A stretch of DNA of 63,261 bases, counting the filler, from Candidatus Desantisbacteria bacterium CG1_02_49_89 (GTDB taxonomy: Bacteria; Desantisbacteria; UBA1551), in the NCBI GenBank assembly GCA_001871075.1. It is 3 parts of 3 records of this genome, joined end to end, with 100 filler letters (N's around TTAATTAATTAA, not from the genome) between each part and the next. Parts side by side here need not be neighbours in the genome. Positions count along the whole stretch, not along the records: positions 42,195 to 63,261 come from MNUP01000070.1; 2 more parts are not named here. The stretch is one strand, 5' to 3'. The notes beneath the pieces are model-generated. The model was not told the DNA's origin and did not search any database. It saw nothing but the letters and a program-made list of their open reading frames with translations. Shown one piece after another: positions 46,390 through 58,300 of the stretch. The stretch's first letter is position 1. Every line of letters starts with the position of its first letter. The translations under genes and the position numbers were made by a program.

Positions 46390-49300
46390 CTACTTAACCC
46401 TCACCCGGAATCGTATTGCCTTTGTCTCATTGATTCCGAGGGAACCGACGCGCCAGCGCAGGCCTTTCACGTTGCTCGCCCCTGAAGCCGGCGAACCCGC
46501 GATCCAGGTTAAAAATGCGGTGTCGGTTGTGTAAGCCCAGGTCTCAGAGACAGTTATAGAATCCATGTTTACAAAGTTTACAAGGTTACAAGTCGAAGTA
46601 TCAAAGGACCTTGTATCTACGACAATGTTGTTAATGGCAGTTTCAGTTCCAATATTTTTAATGTATATCGTGTATTCAACAGTGTCAGACTGCCAGAACC
46701 TCATCGGCATCGAACCTGTCTCGCCGGAACGTATGTTCATCTGGACCTTTGAAGTCAGGACTGTTGGCTTTGTAACCGTTTCCTGCTGCGTATCCGTCCA
46801 TGTCCAGGAATCGGTCCTTGTAACCGTGGTCACGGGGTTTCCTCCCGACTTATCCCTGTAATACACTGTTTTGGAACCGGAAGACAGGTAGACTATGGAC
46901 GTGTTAGCCCACGTGGTTCCAGAAACTGAGAACGAACCTTTGGCCGATGTTGTCAGCAGTTGAACCGTATCATTATAGAGAACCGCGGTGTTTCCGAACC
47001 CGTCTCCTGCTTTTATGAACACAGGCGCCGTGCTTACGCTTGTTATCGTGAACGGTATGGTATTCGCGAACCTGAGAAAGCGGATAGTAACTGTCTCGGT
47101 TTGCGTATCAGTGGCCAGTGGCCAGTGGTCAGCAGTCAGCACGGGAGAACCGACGGCAAAGTCGCGGTAGTAAAAAGAGCCCACTCCGCTTGAGAACGTG
47201 ATCACGGTAGTATTAGCCCACGAAATATCTGACACTGAAAATGAACCGGAACTGGAATTTGTGGACAGGCTTACCGTATCATTGAAGATCTCATCCGCTC
47301 CGCCAGAATTCCCTGCCGCGGCTGCCGTAACCTGCGGGGACGTATCCCCTGCCCTGATCCTGAAAGAAGGAGACACGAAATCCAATTTAGTTGCGGTGAA
47401 CGTGAGTGTTGGGCTTCTGCGGAGCATCATATCATCAACCCAGCATGTCCCGGAAAAACCGCCGTCTGTCACAACACGCTGCACAACGCCTGTGTATGTT
47501 GTCGAGTTCCAGATAATAGACCTGTATTCCCAGGTTTGCAGGTCCGGAGTGCAGGTAAGGTTGGGGTCATCTGTAACGTCAGCTAAGTCTATGTAACAGC
47601 TGCCCGGGTTGTGCTGGGACCAGAACCAGGCGCTGTATAAGTAATTGGAATTCTGCTGGACCGGAACACTTGCCTGTGTGATGGAAGCGCTGGGGCCGCC
47701 TGTTTTGCACATAATTGAAAAACTGCCTGTATGGGTCCGGGCTGAGTCCCTGAACTGGTTTACTGCCATGTTCCAGCCTGAAGCAGAAATCCCTGCGCCC
47801 AACTCAAACGACGGATTATTTGTTGCCATCATCACGTTTTCGTATATTGTGTTCCCGCCGCAGGCCGCGCAAACCGTGTCCTGGCCCGCGTACCCTGAAT
47901 AGATAGTAAAAGTGCACATACCATTAGAACCAGTTGGTTGGTTGGTTGGTTGGATAGTAACTGAGTTGCCTCTTGAGGCGGCAAGCGTCACCGTTTTGCC
48001 GGCAACCGGGAATCCGTAAGTATCCGCGATAAAAACAACAGCGGTGGCCACGGACGTTCCGTTGTCAGCAGGGACCTGATGGGGATTGAAAGTTATGTAT
48101 GATGCGTTCGCGTTCGCTCCCTGCGCGACCACTGTTTCGATCTGCGTGTCCCCGGTAAACGACGCGCGGTACGCGGTTATTATGTAGCTGCCTGTATTCG
48201 GGTTTTTGTAATAAACCGTAACCTCTCCGCTTTGCAAAGTCACGGAGGTCGTGTTCACCCAGTTAAACCTGTCCACGGAGAAATACCCGGTCCCTGAGTT
48301 CTGGAGACCGAAGGTGTTGTTGTTTGTCACGTCCTTGTTACCCACGCCGTCCTGCGCCTGGATGGTTATTTCAGGAGTAGGATTGTTCACCGTAGTAGTG
48401 CGCGCCGGAGTGGTTATTTTCAGCCTGTTCGCGGTAAAATATATATTCGCCCTGCCGGTATAGCTCGCGCTGATCTCGTCCGCGCTCAGCGCGCGGTTAT
48501 AAAGCCTTACTTCATCAAGCGTTCCCTGCATCTGCCAGCCGCCTATGAAAAAGTGCTCCGCGGGCGCGGTGTCAATTACAAAAGATGCCTGGACGCTTGT
48601 GGCTCTCAGAGTGTTGTCTATGTAGGTCCTGCCGTAATTCCCGTCATAGGTTGCCACGATATGATGCCATGCCCTGTCAGCCACGCCTTCCACCTGCATT
48701 GTGAGATAATTGGAACCGCCCTTCGGGTTTATCACGACGTAGACCGCGCTGCCGCCTTGCCGTAAAGCCCAGGGAGCGTCATCATACGGGTACCTTTTAC
48801 CCGCGACCATCATCCATCCCTTGGACCAGGCGGGATCAGGAACAAGGTTCGCCCACACCTCTATGGTGAGCGCGCCCGGGATCCGCAGGCTTGAACCGTT
48901 GCCGCAGTCAGCGTAATCGCCGGTCCCGCTCAGCTGCATGGCTGAGCCGAAAGCGGCGTCCGGAAAGGAAACCCACGCGGGGCTGCCGACAAGGCTGCCG
49001 TTATTGCCGTTGCCTGAAAGGTCGCTGGCATTGGAGTCAAGGTGCCAGATGCCCACAGCCCCGTATTTGTCCGTGCCCCGCCCTATTGTTTTCCCCCCGC
49101 AGAACGCGGTAATGGTATCCAGCCCTACGTAGGAGGAAAAGACCGTGAAAGTGCATTGCCCGCTTGCGCTGGTTGTCTGGGGGTTGACAGTCCCGTTAAC
49201 GCTGTCCCTGATAGTGTCCGAATTGCCCCTTGTGGTCTGAAGCGTCACTAATTTGCCGGATAGCGGTATCCCGAAATAATTCTCATTCACGGTAACCACC

Positions 49301-52300
49301 ACCGTGCACCTGGACGAATTATCCGCCGGGACCAGGTATGGATAGAACGTAATGTATGAAGCAGTTTCCCCTGCCACAGCCGCGGTTATGGTCTCGGTTT
49401 GTGTATCTGCGATAAGCGATAAGCGATAAGCGGTCAGTCTGGGATTGCTTATGTTGCCGTCCCTGTAGTAAAAGATCCCGGCGCCTGAGCTCAGGTAAAT
49501 GTTGGTGGTATCAGACCAGGGGCTGATATTGACCGAAAATTTCCCCTGGGCTGAGGAAGACAGGAGCGTGACCGTGTTATTGAAAAGTAATACCTTATTC
49601 CCGGTATTATCCTGCGCCTCAACCGCGATCGAAGGCGAAGGGGCGTACTGGCTGGAAGAGAACGGAGGGGTCGTTATTTTTAATTTCGCGGCGCTCGCGC
49701 TGAAATTGACCGCGTCTATCTTTATGTCGTCAAAATGGACGTGAGAATCTTCCGTCTTCAGGCGGAACTTTGAATACACCGCGGGGCTGCCCGCGGGCCT
49801 TGCCCACTCCGCGATAAAACTATTGTTCAGCCACCATCTTACTTTTGACTGGGTGACATCTATCCTGACCTCATACCATTTGTTGTAGGTTATTGCCTCG
49901 CCCAGCTGCTGGGTAACGGAATATACCGTCCCTCCTGTTTTCTGCCTGATCTCAAAATAGTTCGGGCCGAAGGTGGAGTCGTTGTTGCGCACTGACCATT
50001 CGAGGAAGTTGCTGGCGCTGCTGTAAAAGATCAGGTGCGCCGCGGTGGCTCCGCCGTACCCGTTCGCCATCTTTAACCGGACATAGAGCGTCCCGCCTGA
50101 GAATTCCAGCAAGGTCTCCGAGATACCAGTGCCATCCATGTCCCCGCTGTATTCATTGTTTTCCACCTGCCAGGTCCCTGCCAGCGCGGCCCAGCCTGAG
50201 GCGCCTCCGGTAAAATTCGCAATAAGGGTGTCGCCGATGGTCTTTGTGTCGCAGACCGCCTTTACAGCCGCGTCCCCCGCGGAAACCGAAGAGATAGTGA
50301 ATGTCGCCTGCCCGTTGGAGTCCGTGATCTGCTGGACTGCCTGGATAGTGTCTGTATTTCCCCTGTTCGTGTAAAGCGACACGTTCTTCCCTGACAGCGC
50401 GGCGCTGACATCGCTCTTCACGCTTACCGTGACAGTGCACTTTGCCCCTGTTGAAACCACCGGAGGATTGAGGACAAGGTAAGAAAGGGTGCTGCTTGCG
50501 ACCGCGGCCGTGATGGTTTCTGTTTGAGTGTCAGCGAGTAACGTGTAACGTGTAACGGTTAAAACAGGGCTGCCGACCGTCAGGTCCTTGTAGAAGAAAA
50601 CTCCCGCGCCTGAGCTGAACCGGATGACGGTCGTGTCAGACCAGGGATCATCGTTCAGAGAGAATTTCCCGTTCACTGAAGAGGAATATAGTACCGCGGT
50701 GTTGTTGAAAAGCAGGTCCTTGTTCCCGCCGCTGTCCTGCGCCTCCACTGTGACCTGGGACGAAGGCTTGAACTGATTCACGGAAAACGGAGGTGTTGTG
50801 ATCTTCAGCCTTGTGCCGGCCGGGCTGAAATTTACCGCGCCTATTTTCAGGTCATCATAATGTGTGTGCGAAGAACCTGCTTCCAGCTGCAGTTTTGAAT
50901 ACACGGCCGCGGAGCCTCCGACAGGACGCGCCCATTCCGCTATAAACCTGTTGTTCAGCCACCACCTGACTTTTTCCTGCGTAACCTCTATCCTGACCTC
51001 ATACCACTTATCATACAGGATCTCTTCCCCGGCAGGCTGGATAGACACATAAGGAATTCCGCCTGCGACCTGCTTGATCATATACTGGTCCGGGATCCAC
51101 GTGGAATCACTATTATATATAGCCCACTCAAAGAAATTATTCGGGTCTTTGTAGAAGATCATATGGGAAGACGTGATGCCGCCGTAACCGTTCATCATTT
51201 TTAGCCGGATATAAACAGTTCCGCCCGGGAACGCAAACGGCGTCTCTGCTACGCCGTCCGCGCCTGCGTCGCCGCTGTATTCATTCGACTCGATCAGCCA
51301 GGTCCCGCTCTTCGCTGCCCAGTTCAAAGAACTGCTGAAATAATCAAGCAGCGTGTTTGAAATTGTGGCTGAATCGCAGGCGGCCTTTATTGCCGCGTCC
51401 CCCGCGTATATTGAGGAAACCGTGAAGGTTGCCTGCCCGTTCACATCAGTCAGCTGGCTTGCCGGCTGGACAGGATCAGAATTGCCGCGGCTTGAATAAA
51501 GAGTGACTGTCCTGCCTGTAAGTATTCCGCCGGTGTCGCTTTTCACGCTGACCGTAACCGTGCATTTTGAAGTCCCGCCAGCGGAAACTACAGGCGGGCT
51601 CAGGACAAAATATGAAGGGTTCCCGGTTATCGTTATTGTCTGCGTGTCCGCGATAAGCGACAAACGATAAGCGGTTATCACGGGGCTGCCAGGGTTGCTG
51701 TCTTTGTAATAGAAAGTTCCCTGGCCTGAAGAAAGATAAATATTCGTCGTGTCCTGCCATGAAACGCCGTTTATTGAGAACCTTCCTGTTGCTGAAGAGG
51801 ATAAAAGCGTAATACTCTCATTGAAAATCACGTCTATGCCACCTGAATTTCCCCTTGCCTCCACCGAAACCGGCAGGGAGGCGGTATTCGCCGGGATCGC
51901 CTGCGCAAACGAGGTTATTTTCAGTCTCGTAGAAATGAAGCTCATTGTAGGTATCCGTTCAAGCCGGACCGCGTCAAACCAGGCTGTCCCGTCAGGGCTG
52001 CCATCCGTGACGCAGCGCAAAATCGCCGTGGTTTCGCTCCCGCTGTACCATGTTCCCTGCAGAAGCTCCCAGGCACTTTTCCCCTGCGTCGAATACAGCG
52101 CGCAGTCCGAGCCTGGCGAGGGGCGGTCATTCATGTCAAAATACGCCTGCCCGGAGGATGAAAATGAATTAAAGATCCTGCCGGAGAGCTTGTAGGAAGA
52201 GCCGGGGATTATTTTGGCGACAGAGATCCGCGTAGACGTGTCCGAACCAATAAAGGTTGATCTCAAAGAATAATTACCGGAGTAGGACCTGTCGGAAGAA

Positions 52301-55300
52301 CGTATATGGTTCAAGCCTTCGGCCCAGCCTGAAGCGTCGTTGCCTGTCCCGGTTTCGAAGGATGGGTTCGCGACGATGTTCTCCAGGATGGCGTATACCC
52401 CGTTGTAAACAGCGCTTATCATTTCATTCCCGGCGTAATACGAGGAGATCGTGAAGGTTGCCTGGCCGTTGGCGTCGCTCACAGCGGATCCCGGGTTTAC
52501 CGTTCTCAGGATGGGATTTTCCAGGACCAGGCTCAGGGTCTCGCCGGAAACAGGAAAGCCGGTATTGCTCCTGATCTCTGCCATGACAGTTGTTGTCGAA
52601 GCCCCGTTCGCAGCAAGCACCGGAGTATTTACCTTAATATATGAACAGAAGTAATTTGGCCCCTGGGTGTCCAGAACGGTCACGTTCTTTGCAAACGCGC
52701 CACCGAACCACGCAACGCCTTCTTCGAGCATCCTCCAGTCAGTCAGGTATACGCCCGGCGTTTCAGGAGCTGTCATCTTTACTGTAAATGCCTTGGTCTC
52801 ATTCCTCCATATTATATCGTCCTTTGAAAGGAACTGCCTGTTGAATGTGAACGGGTCAGCATCCCCGACCGCGCCCAGCTTATACGCCTCCGTGTCCGTC
52901 CATTCAAGATTCCCGTTGTTCAAAACCGTGACCTGTGCAAAATACTGGCAGCCCGCGTGCATAGTGTCGGGTATCGTATTATTTAAAAACTGGGCGTCCC
53001 TTGTTTCCGGAAGGTTAAAGAACTCCGAGTCAAGAAGCCCTTTCTGAAGGTACCTTTCCTTATTATGTTTCAGGCGCAGCAGGGTGTGGTCATACCTTCC
53101 GCTCAGCCAGTCGTATAATACCTGCCTGGAATCCAGGAACGGATAGATGTTTTCGGACAGCCACAGGTTTTCAAAAGCTGATTTCATCCCCGGGACCGGG
53201 GCTTTCAGGTCGTTGGTAATAATGGTATTGATCGAATTAAAAACGCCGTCCGCGAAAGAAGTATCGTCCGCGTAGTCGCACGCGGTCGCGTAAACCGATC
53301 TTATCTGTTCCGCGTCCTGGATCCGCTCTGCCAGGTACCGCACCCTGTCTGACGCGTTGATAATGGTGTCAAGGCTGTCCTGGTTGAAACGGGTTGAAGG
53401 GCGGTAACTGTTGAAGGTTGCCAAAGCCGGATCAGCCAGGGCCAGCATCGCGCTCGCCTTGCTTGCGGGGCTTGGTATGTCCCTGCTGTAGTTCCCCCAG
53501 AAAGGGTCGTCCCAGAACAGCCACCAGTTCCAGGAAGCATTCTGCCCTGCCTGGCCATAGGTGGAAAGGTCATGTATCACGTAATCGGTCTCGCTCATCT
53601 GCCGTATCGCATTAGATAGGTCGTCCGATATGGAGCCGAAGAACTGGTACGAGAACCTGCGGCCGAAATAGTTCTCGCTCTCATTGTATGTCTTCGCAAT
53701 GTCATCCAGGGACCAGGCGCACTCAGCGCCGAAGATCCTCCCGTAGTAACCGACGCCGTGCATATGGTCCCTCTCGTCCAGCCAGTCCGTGTTTATCATC
53801 CCGTCCACATTCTGTTTCGTCATGCCGTACTTCGTGAGGGACTTGATGTTCTTGTTGCCGCGCCTGAAATTGGGGAATATGCGCAGCCACGCGCTTATGC
53901 CGGGCATCATCCACTGCCTTCGACCCGAGTTGGCTATAAGGTCCACGTTGGGGTACGATGTGCGGTCCTCAAGCGAATCCGAACAGTTATATTCCCAGTT
54001 CATTATTATCGTGTCCAGGGGCAGGGTCGGGGAGTCGGTCAGGATCTGGGGGTGCGCGATTATCGCGTCCATACACAGGATCACTGTTTCATTGTAAACG
54101 CCTTTTAGGGTATCGTATAATCTATTGACGTGCTGTATGAATATGCCGTCCTTGCCTATCTGGTCAGCCAGTTCCTTGGACTGGCCCGCGCCCATGTCGT
54201 AGGCCTCGTCGCATCCTATGAAAAAGAACAAAGACTGGTTGAAAGCCGGGCAAAGCTCGCCGAAAAGGCTATCCAGCAAAGTGTATGAGCCGGCGTTGGC
54301 TATGGCGAATGACCAGGGCGACGCCGGCACTTCCGCGTACTGGTTATACGCGGGCAGGGACAGCAGGTTCGCCTGGTGGCCCAGCGATTCGAACAGCGGG
54401 TAAAATTCAACATGCCGCTGTTTGGCGTAGTACGAGATATCCTGGACCTCTGCCGCGGTGAGCGGCCCCCAGCCTACCCCGATATCCGGATGGTTCGCGA
54501 AATAGAACGTCACCTCTATATACGGCTCGAAACAGTTCATCTTGTAATAACTGAAAATGTCCATCATCTGCTTCAGGTAATCCACCGTGGGCCTTTGCCC
54601 GCGGGATATGTCCTCGGACATGCCCCTGTACCTGACTATGGGAAAATCCCTTATCTTGGCGGCTGTAACCGTCTTGTTCTGCCCGCTCTTGTCAAGAAGC
54701 TGCCGCAATGTTACCAGGCCGTAGAAAAGCCCTGTGGAATGCCTTGCGGAAATTATAACGAAATTCGCGTCTTCAACTATTTCAAGGATGTAACCTTCAT
54801 CTCCTATACCCGGGTCAGCTTCAATGCCTTTCTGCTTGCATATCTGGTCGAATAGCCCATCCTGGGAAGGGATGCCGGCAAGTATAGAGTTGGCAAGCGC
54901 GCCTGTGTCAAAACCCGAAGTGACGGGCACAGTAACGCCGAAATAGGACTGGATATCGTCCCTTAAAAGATCCGCGGCGAGAATGTCGTCCGCTGAAGCT
55001 GAGGAACTGAGCACTATTTTCGTGTTCGCGTCTATAATGAATCCTCTTCCCTCGAACGGGCAGTACCTTGCTTCCTTAGGCTCGGGTATAACGTAGCCGG
55101 TGGACAGGATCCTGATATTATCCCAGTCTGTCTGGCCTGCTCCTGCTGAAGGCTCGCAATCCCCGAGCAGAAATCCGGTAAGTGTGGTCGTGTCCTTCCA
55201 GACATAGCCGCTGTCCCACACCAGCGCTCCTGTGGAGGAATCGTAAACAAGCATCTGAAAACTTCCGGTGTTTATCAGCGCGTCCACATCGTACCAGGTC

Positions 55301-58300
55301 CCTGCTGATAGCGCAGGCCCTGATACCCTCTGCGCCCATGCCCCGCTCTGCTCGGTCCACAGAGAACAGGGGCCGGAATTCAGTATGAAAGCAAAGTCCC
55401 AGGTGCGCGCCCCTGCCAGGCGCGACTCGAGCATCTGGCTGTCCTGGCCGATCGTTACCGGCTTGAAGCTGTACCGCAGCCTTATGCCGTTCGGCGGGAC
55501 AAAATAATCTGACTTGGTCTGGACCCCGTCGTGGTTCCAGGAGCCGCTGGCGTAAGTGTGGAACTGGCCCCCGCTTATGGACGCGCTGCCTGTTAAGCTC
55601 CATACGCCCGCGTCATCTTCATTCGGGCCGAACTCCCTCTGGAAAGACCAGACCCTCACGTCATCCCACCAGGTCTCAGCATCCCCGCGGTTCGGCTCAG
55701 CATCACCCAGTAAAAATCCGATCCCGCTTGTCGGCTCAATCGGGTATTCTGATGGGTTCCAGAAAGTATCTCCTGTATCCCTGTTCTTAACAAGGACCTT
55801 GAAACCCGCGCGTTTTATTGTTGCCTTCACGTAATACCAGGTGCCAAGCGTTATTGTGCCCGGGCTTGTCGCGCGCAGGACCCAGTTCGGGTCTCCCACG
55901 TCCTTCGTATATACCTGGGCATACTGGCTGTTAATGACCACGAAAAGGAAACGGTGATATTCCGCTCCGCCGATCCTGGACTCGAACATCTGGCTGTCCG
56001 CACCTGCCTTTATCGCCTTAAAACAGTATTCGACTTCAAGCCCGTCCCTGGGAACTAAGTAGTCCCGTTTTGTGCGGAACCCGTCCCTGTTCCAGGAGCC
56101 GCTGGCTGACGTGTGGATCGCGCCGCTTTCGATCGAGACGTTATTTATCCATACCCAGTCGGACATCTGAATGTTCTCGGTCTGGGTGTCAGCGAGTAAC
56201 GTGTAACGTGTAACGGTTAAGACAGGGCTGCCTACGCTGTTATCACGGTAATAAAAGGAACCGAGGCCGTTCTTGAGGGTGATCACAGTGGTGTTCACCC
56301 AGTTCGTGTTGGAAACAGAGAAGGTGCCGGAACCTGAGCTGGTTGACAGCGTGACCGTGTTGTTAAAATTAATGTCCAGGTCTCCGGTATTATCCTGCGC
56401 CTCCACCGTTATCAGGGGCGAAATACAGTTCGGCGGAATGCTGAAAGAGGGAGTGGTAATTTTCAGCCTGGCGGCGATCACGGGATAAAAATAGAAGTTC
56501 GCCCTTTTATCAAAGCTCATCCTTATTTCAGTGTCGCTCAAAGCACGGTTGTAGATCCTGACCTCGTCTATGTAACCGTCGAAATACCTGTTCGCGCCGT
56601 TATCGTCCCTGCCGATCTGGACCGGCCCGCCGACATCCGGATTTATGGTCCCCTGTATGGAAAACGTGTTCATAAGAACCCCGTCTTCATATATCCTGAT
56701 GGCGCTGCCGTCATAGGAACCGGCGTAATGGTGCCACTGGGTCAGGCTTTTCGCGGAACTATATTGCGCCGCCACCCACTCCGAACCGTAAACGCAGACA
56801 TAAAAATAAAGGTCTTTTGTCCCCTGCCACGGATGCAGTATGTACGCGTCCCTTTTACTGACAAGCATCCCGTACGAGTTCCAGTTGGGCGTGTTGCTTT
56901 TCGCCCACAGTTCGATGGTAACCGCTGTTGTATTATTCAGGCTCTGGGAATACGAAACTTCCGCGTAATCGCCTGTCCCGTTGAATTTCAAAGCTGAACC
57001 TGATGAAGCATTATCAGGGGCTGATGCCCAGGCAGGCCCGTAAAGCGCGCATATGTTCCCGTTTCCCGAAACATCCAGAGTATCCGTGTCAAAATTCCAT
57101 ATCCCGGCCGCGCCGTATTTATTCACGCCGCGCGTTATCGTCCTCCCGGAGCAGACCGCGAAGATCGTGTCATACCCTGCGAACGCAGAGGTTATCGTGA
57201 AAGTGCATTTGCCCCGGATATCCGTTGTCTGCGTGTTGCCTGCGGTGCTCCCAACGCTGTCCCTTATCGTGTCAGAATTTCCCCTGGTGGTTTGTAGCGT
57301 CACCAATTTATTGGTGATAGGGAATCCATAGGTATCATTGATTGTAACAACAGCTGTGCACCTGGCAAAACCGTTCGCCGCGACCCGGTAAGGGATAAAG
57401 GTAATATATGAAGCGGTCTCATTCACTCCCTGCGCAGCTATTATTTCTGTCTGTGTGTCCGCGATAAGCGATGTGCGATACGCGGTTATCACGAAAACGC
57501 CGGTATTCGGGTTCCTGTAGTAAAAGACCGCGCCGCCTGCGGACATCGTGATGACGGTTGTGTTTATCCAGTTTATCCTGTCAACCGAAAAAACCCCGGA
57601 GTTTAAGGAAGAAAAAAGCGCGGCCGTGCCGTTGAAAGTAGCGTCTTTCACGCCGAACTCGTCCTGCATCTCTATTATCACCCCTGGCGAGGGATTGCCC
57701 TGCGTGACCGCGAACGGAGGCGTCATGATCCTCAGCGCCGGGCGCACGAAGCTTATGGCGGGTACCCTCTGCAGTTTTACGTCGTCGAACCAGGCGGTCC
57801 CCCTTGGGCTCCCGTCAGTGACACAGCGCACCTGCACTGAAGTGTAAGCGGCGCTTGGCCAGCTGCCTTCCAGGTATTCCCACCTGTTGGCGCCATTCGT
57901 CGACACGAGGTTGGGCTCTCCGGCTGCATCCCCCAGGTCATAGTAAGCCTGGCCCTGGGTGAGCGAGTTGTATATCCATCCTGACAACCTGTAAACGGAG
58001 TTCCGCGCTACCAAGATGGTGCCCGAATAACTCGAGGTCGCTGTTTCAGCGAAAGTGGACCTTAACGAGTAAAGCCCGGTGTGAAGCCTGTCAGCGTAAC
58101 GGTTGTGGTTCGTGCCTTCGGCCCAGTCAGCCGCGTTGTACCCGCTGCCGTCCTCATAGGAAAAATTGGGCGCTATGTTAAGCGTAATCGTCGCGCCAAG
58201 GCATATCACTACCACTGAATCGTCCCCGGTGTAAGGAGAGCGTATCAGCCCTTCGCATTGCCCGTACGCGTCTGTCAGCCCCGGCTGCACCACGGTGTCA

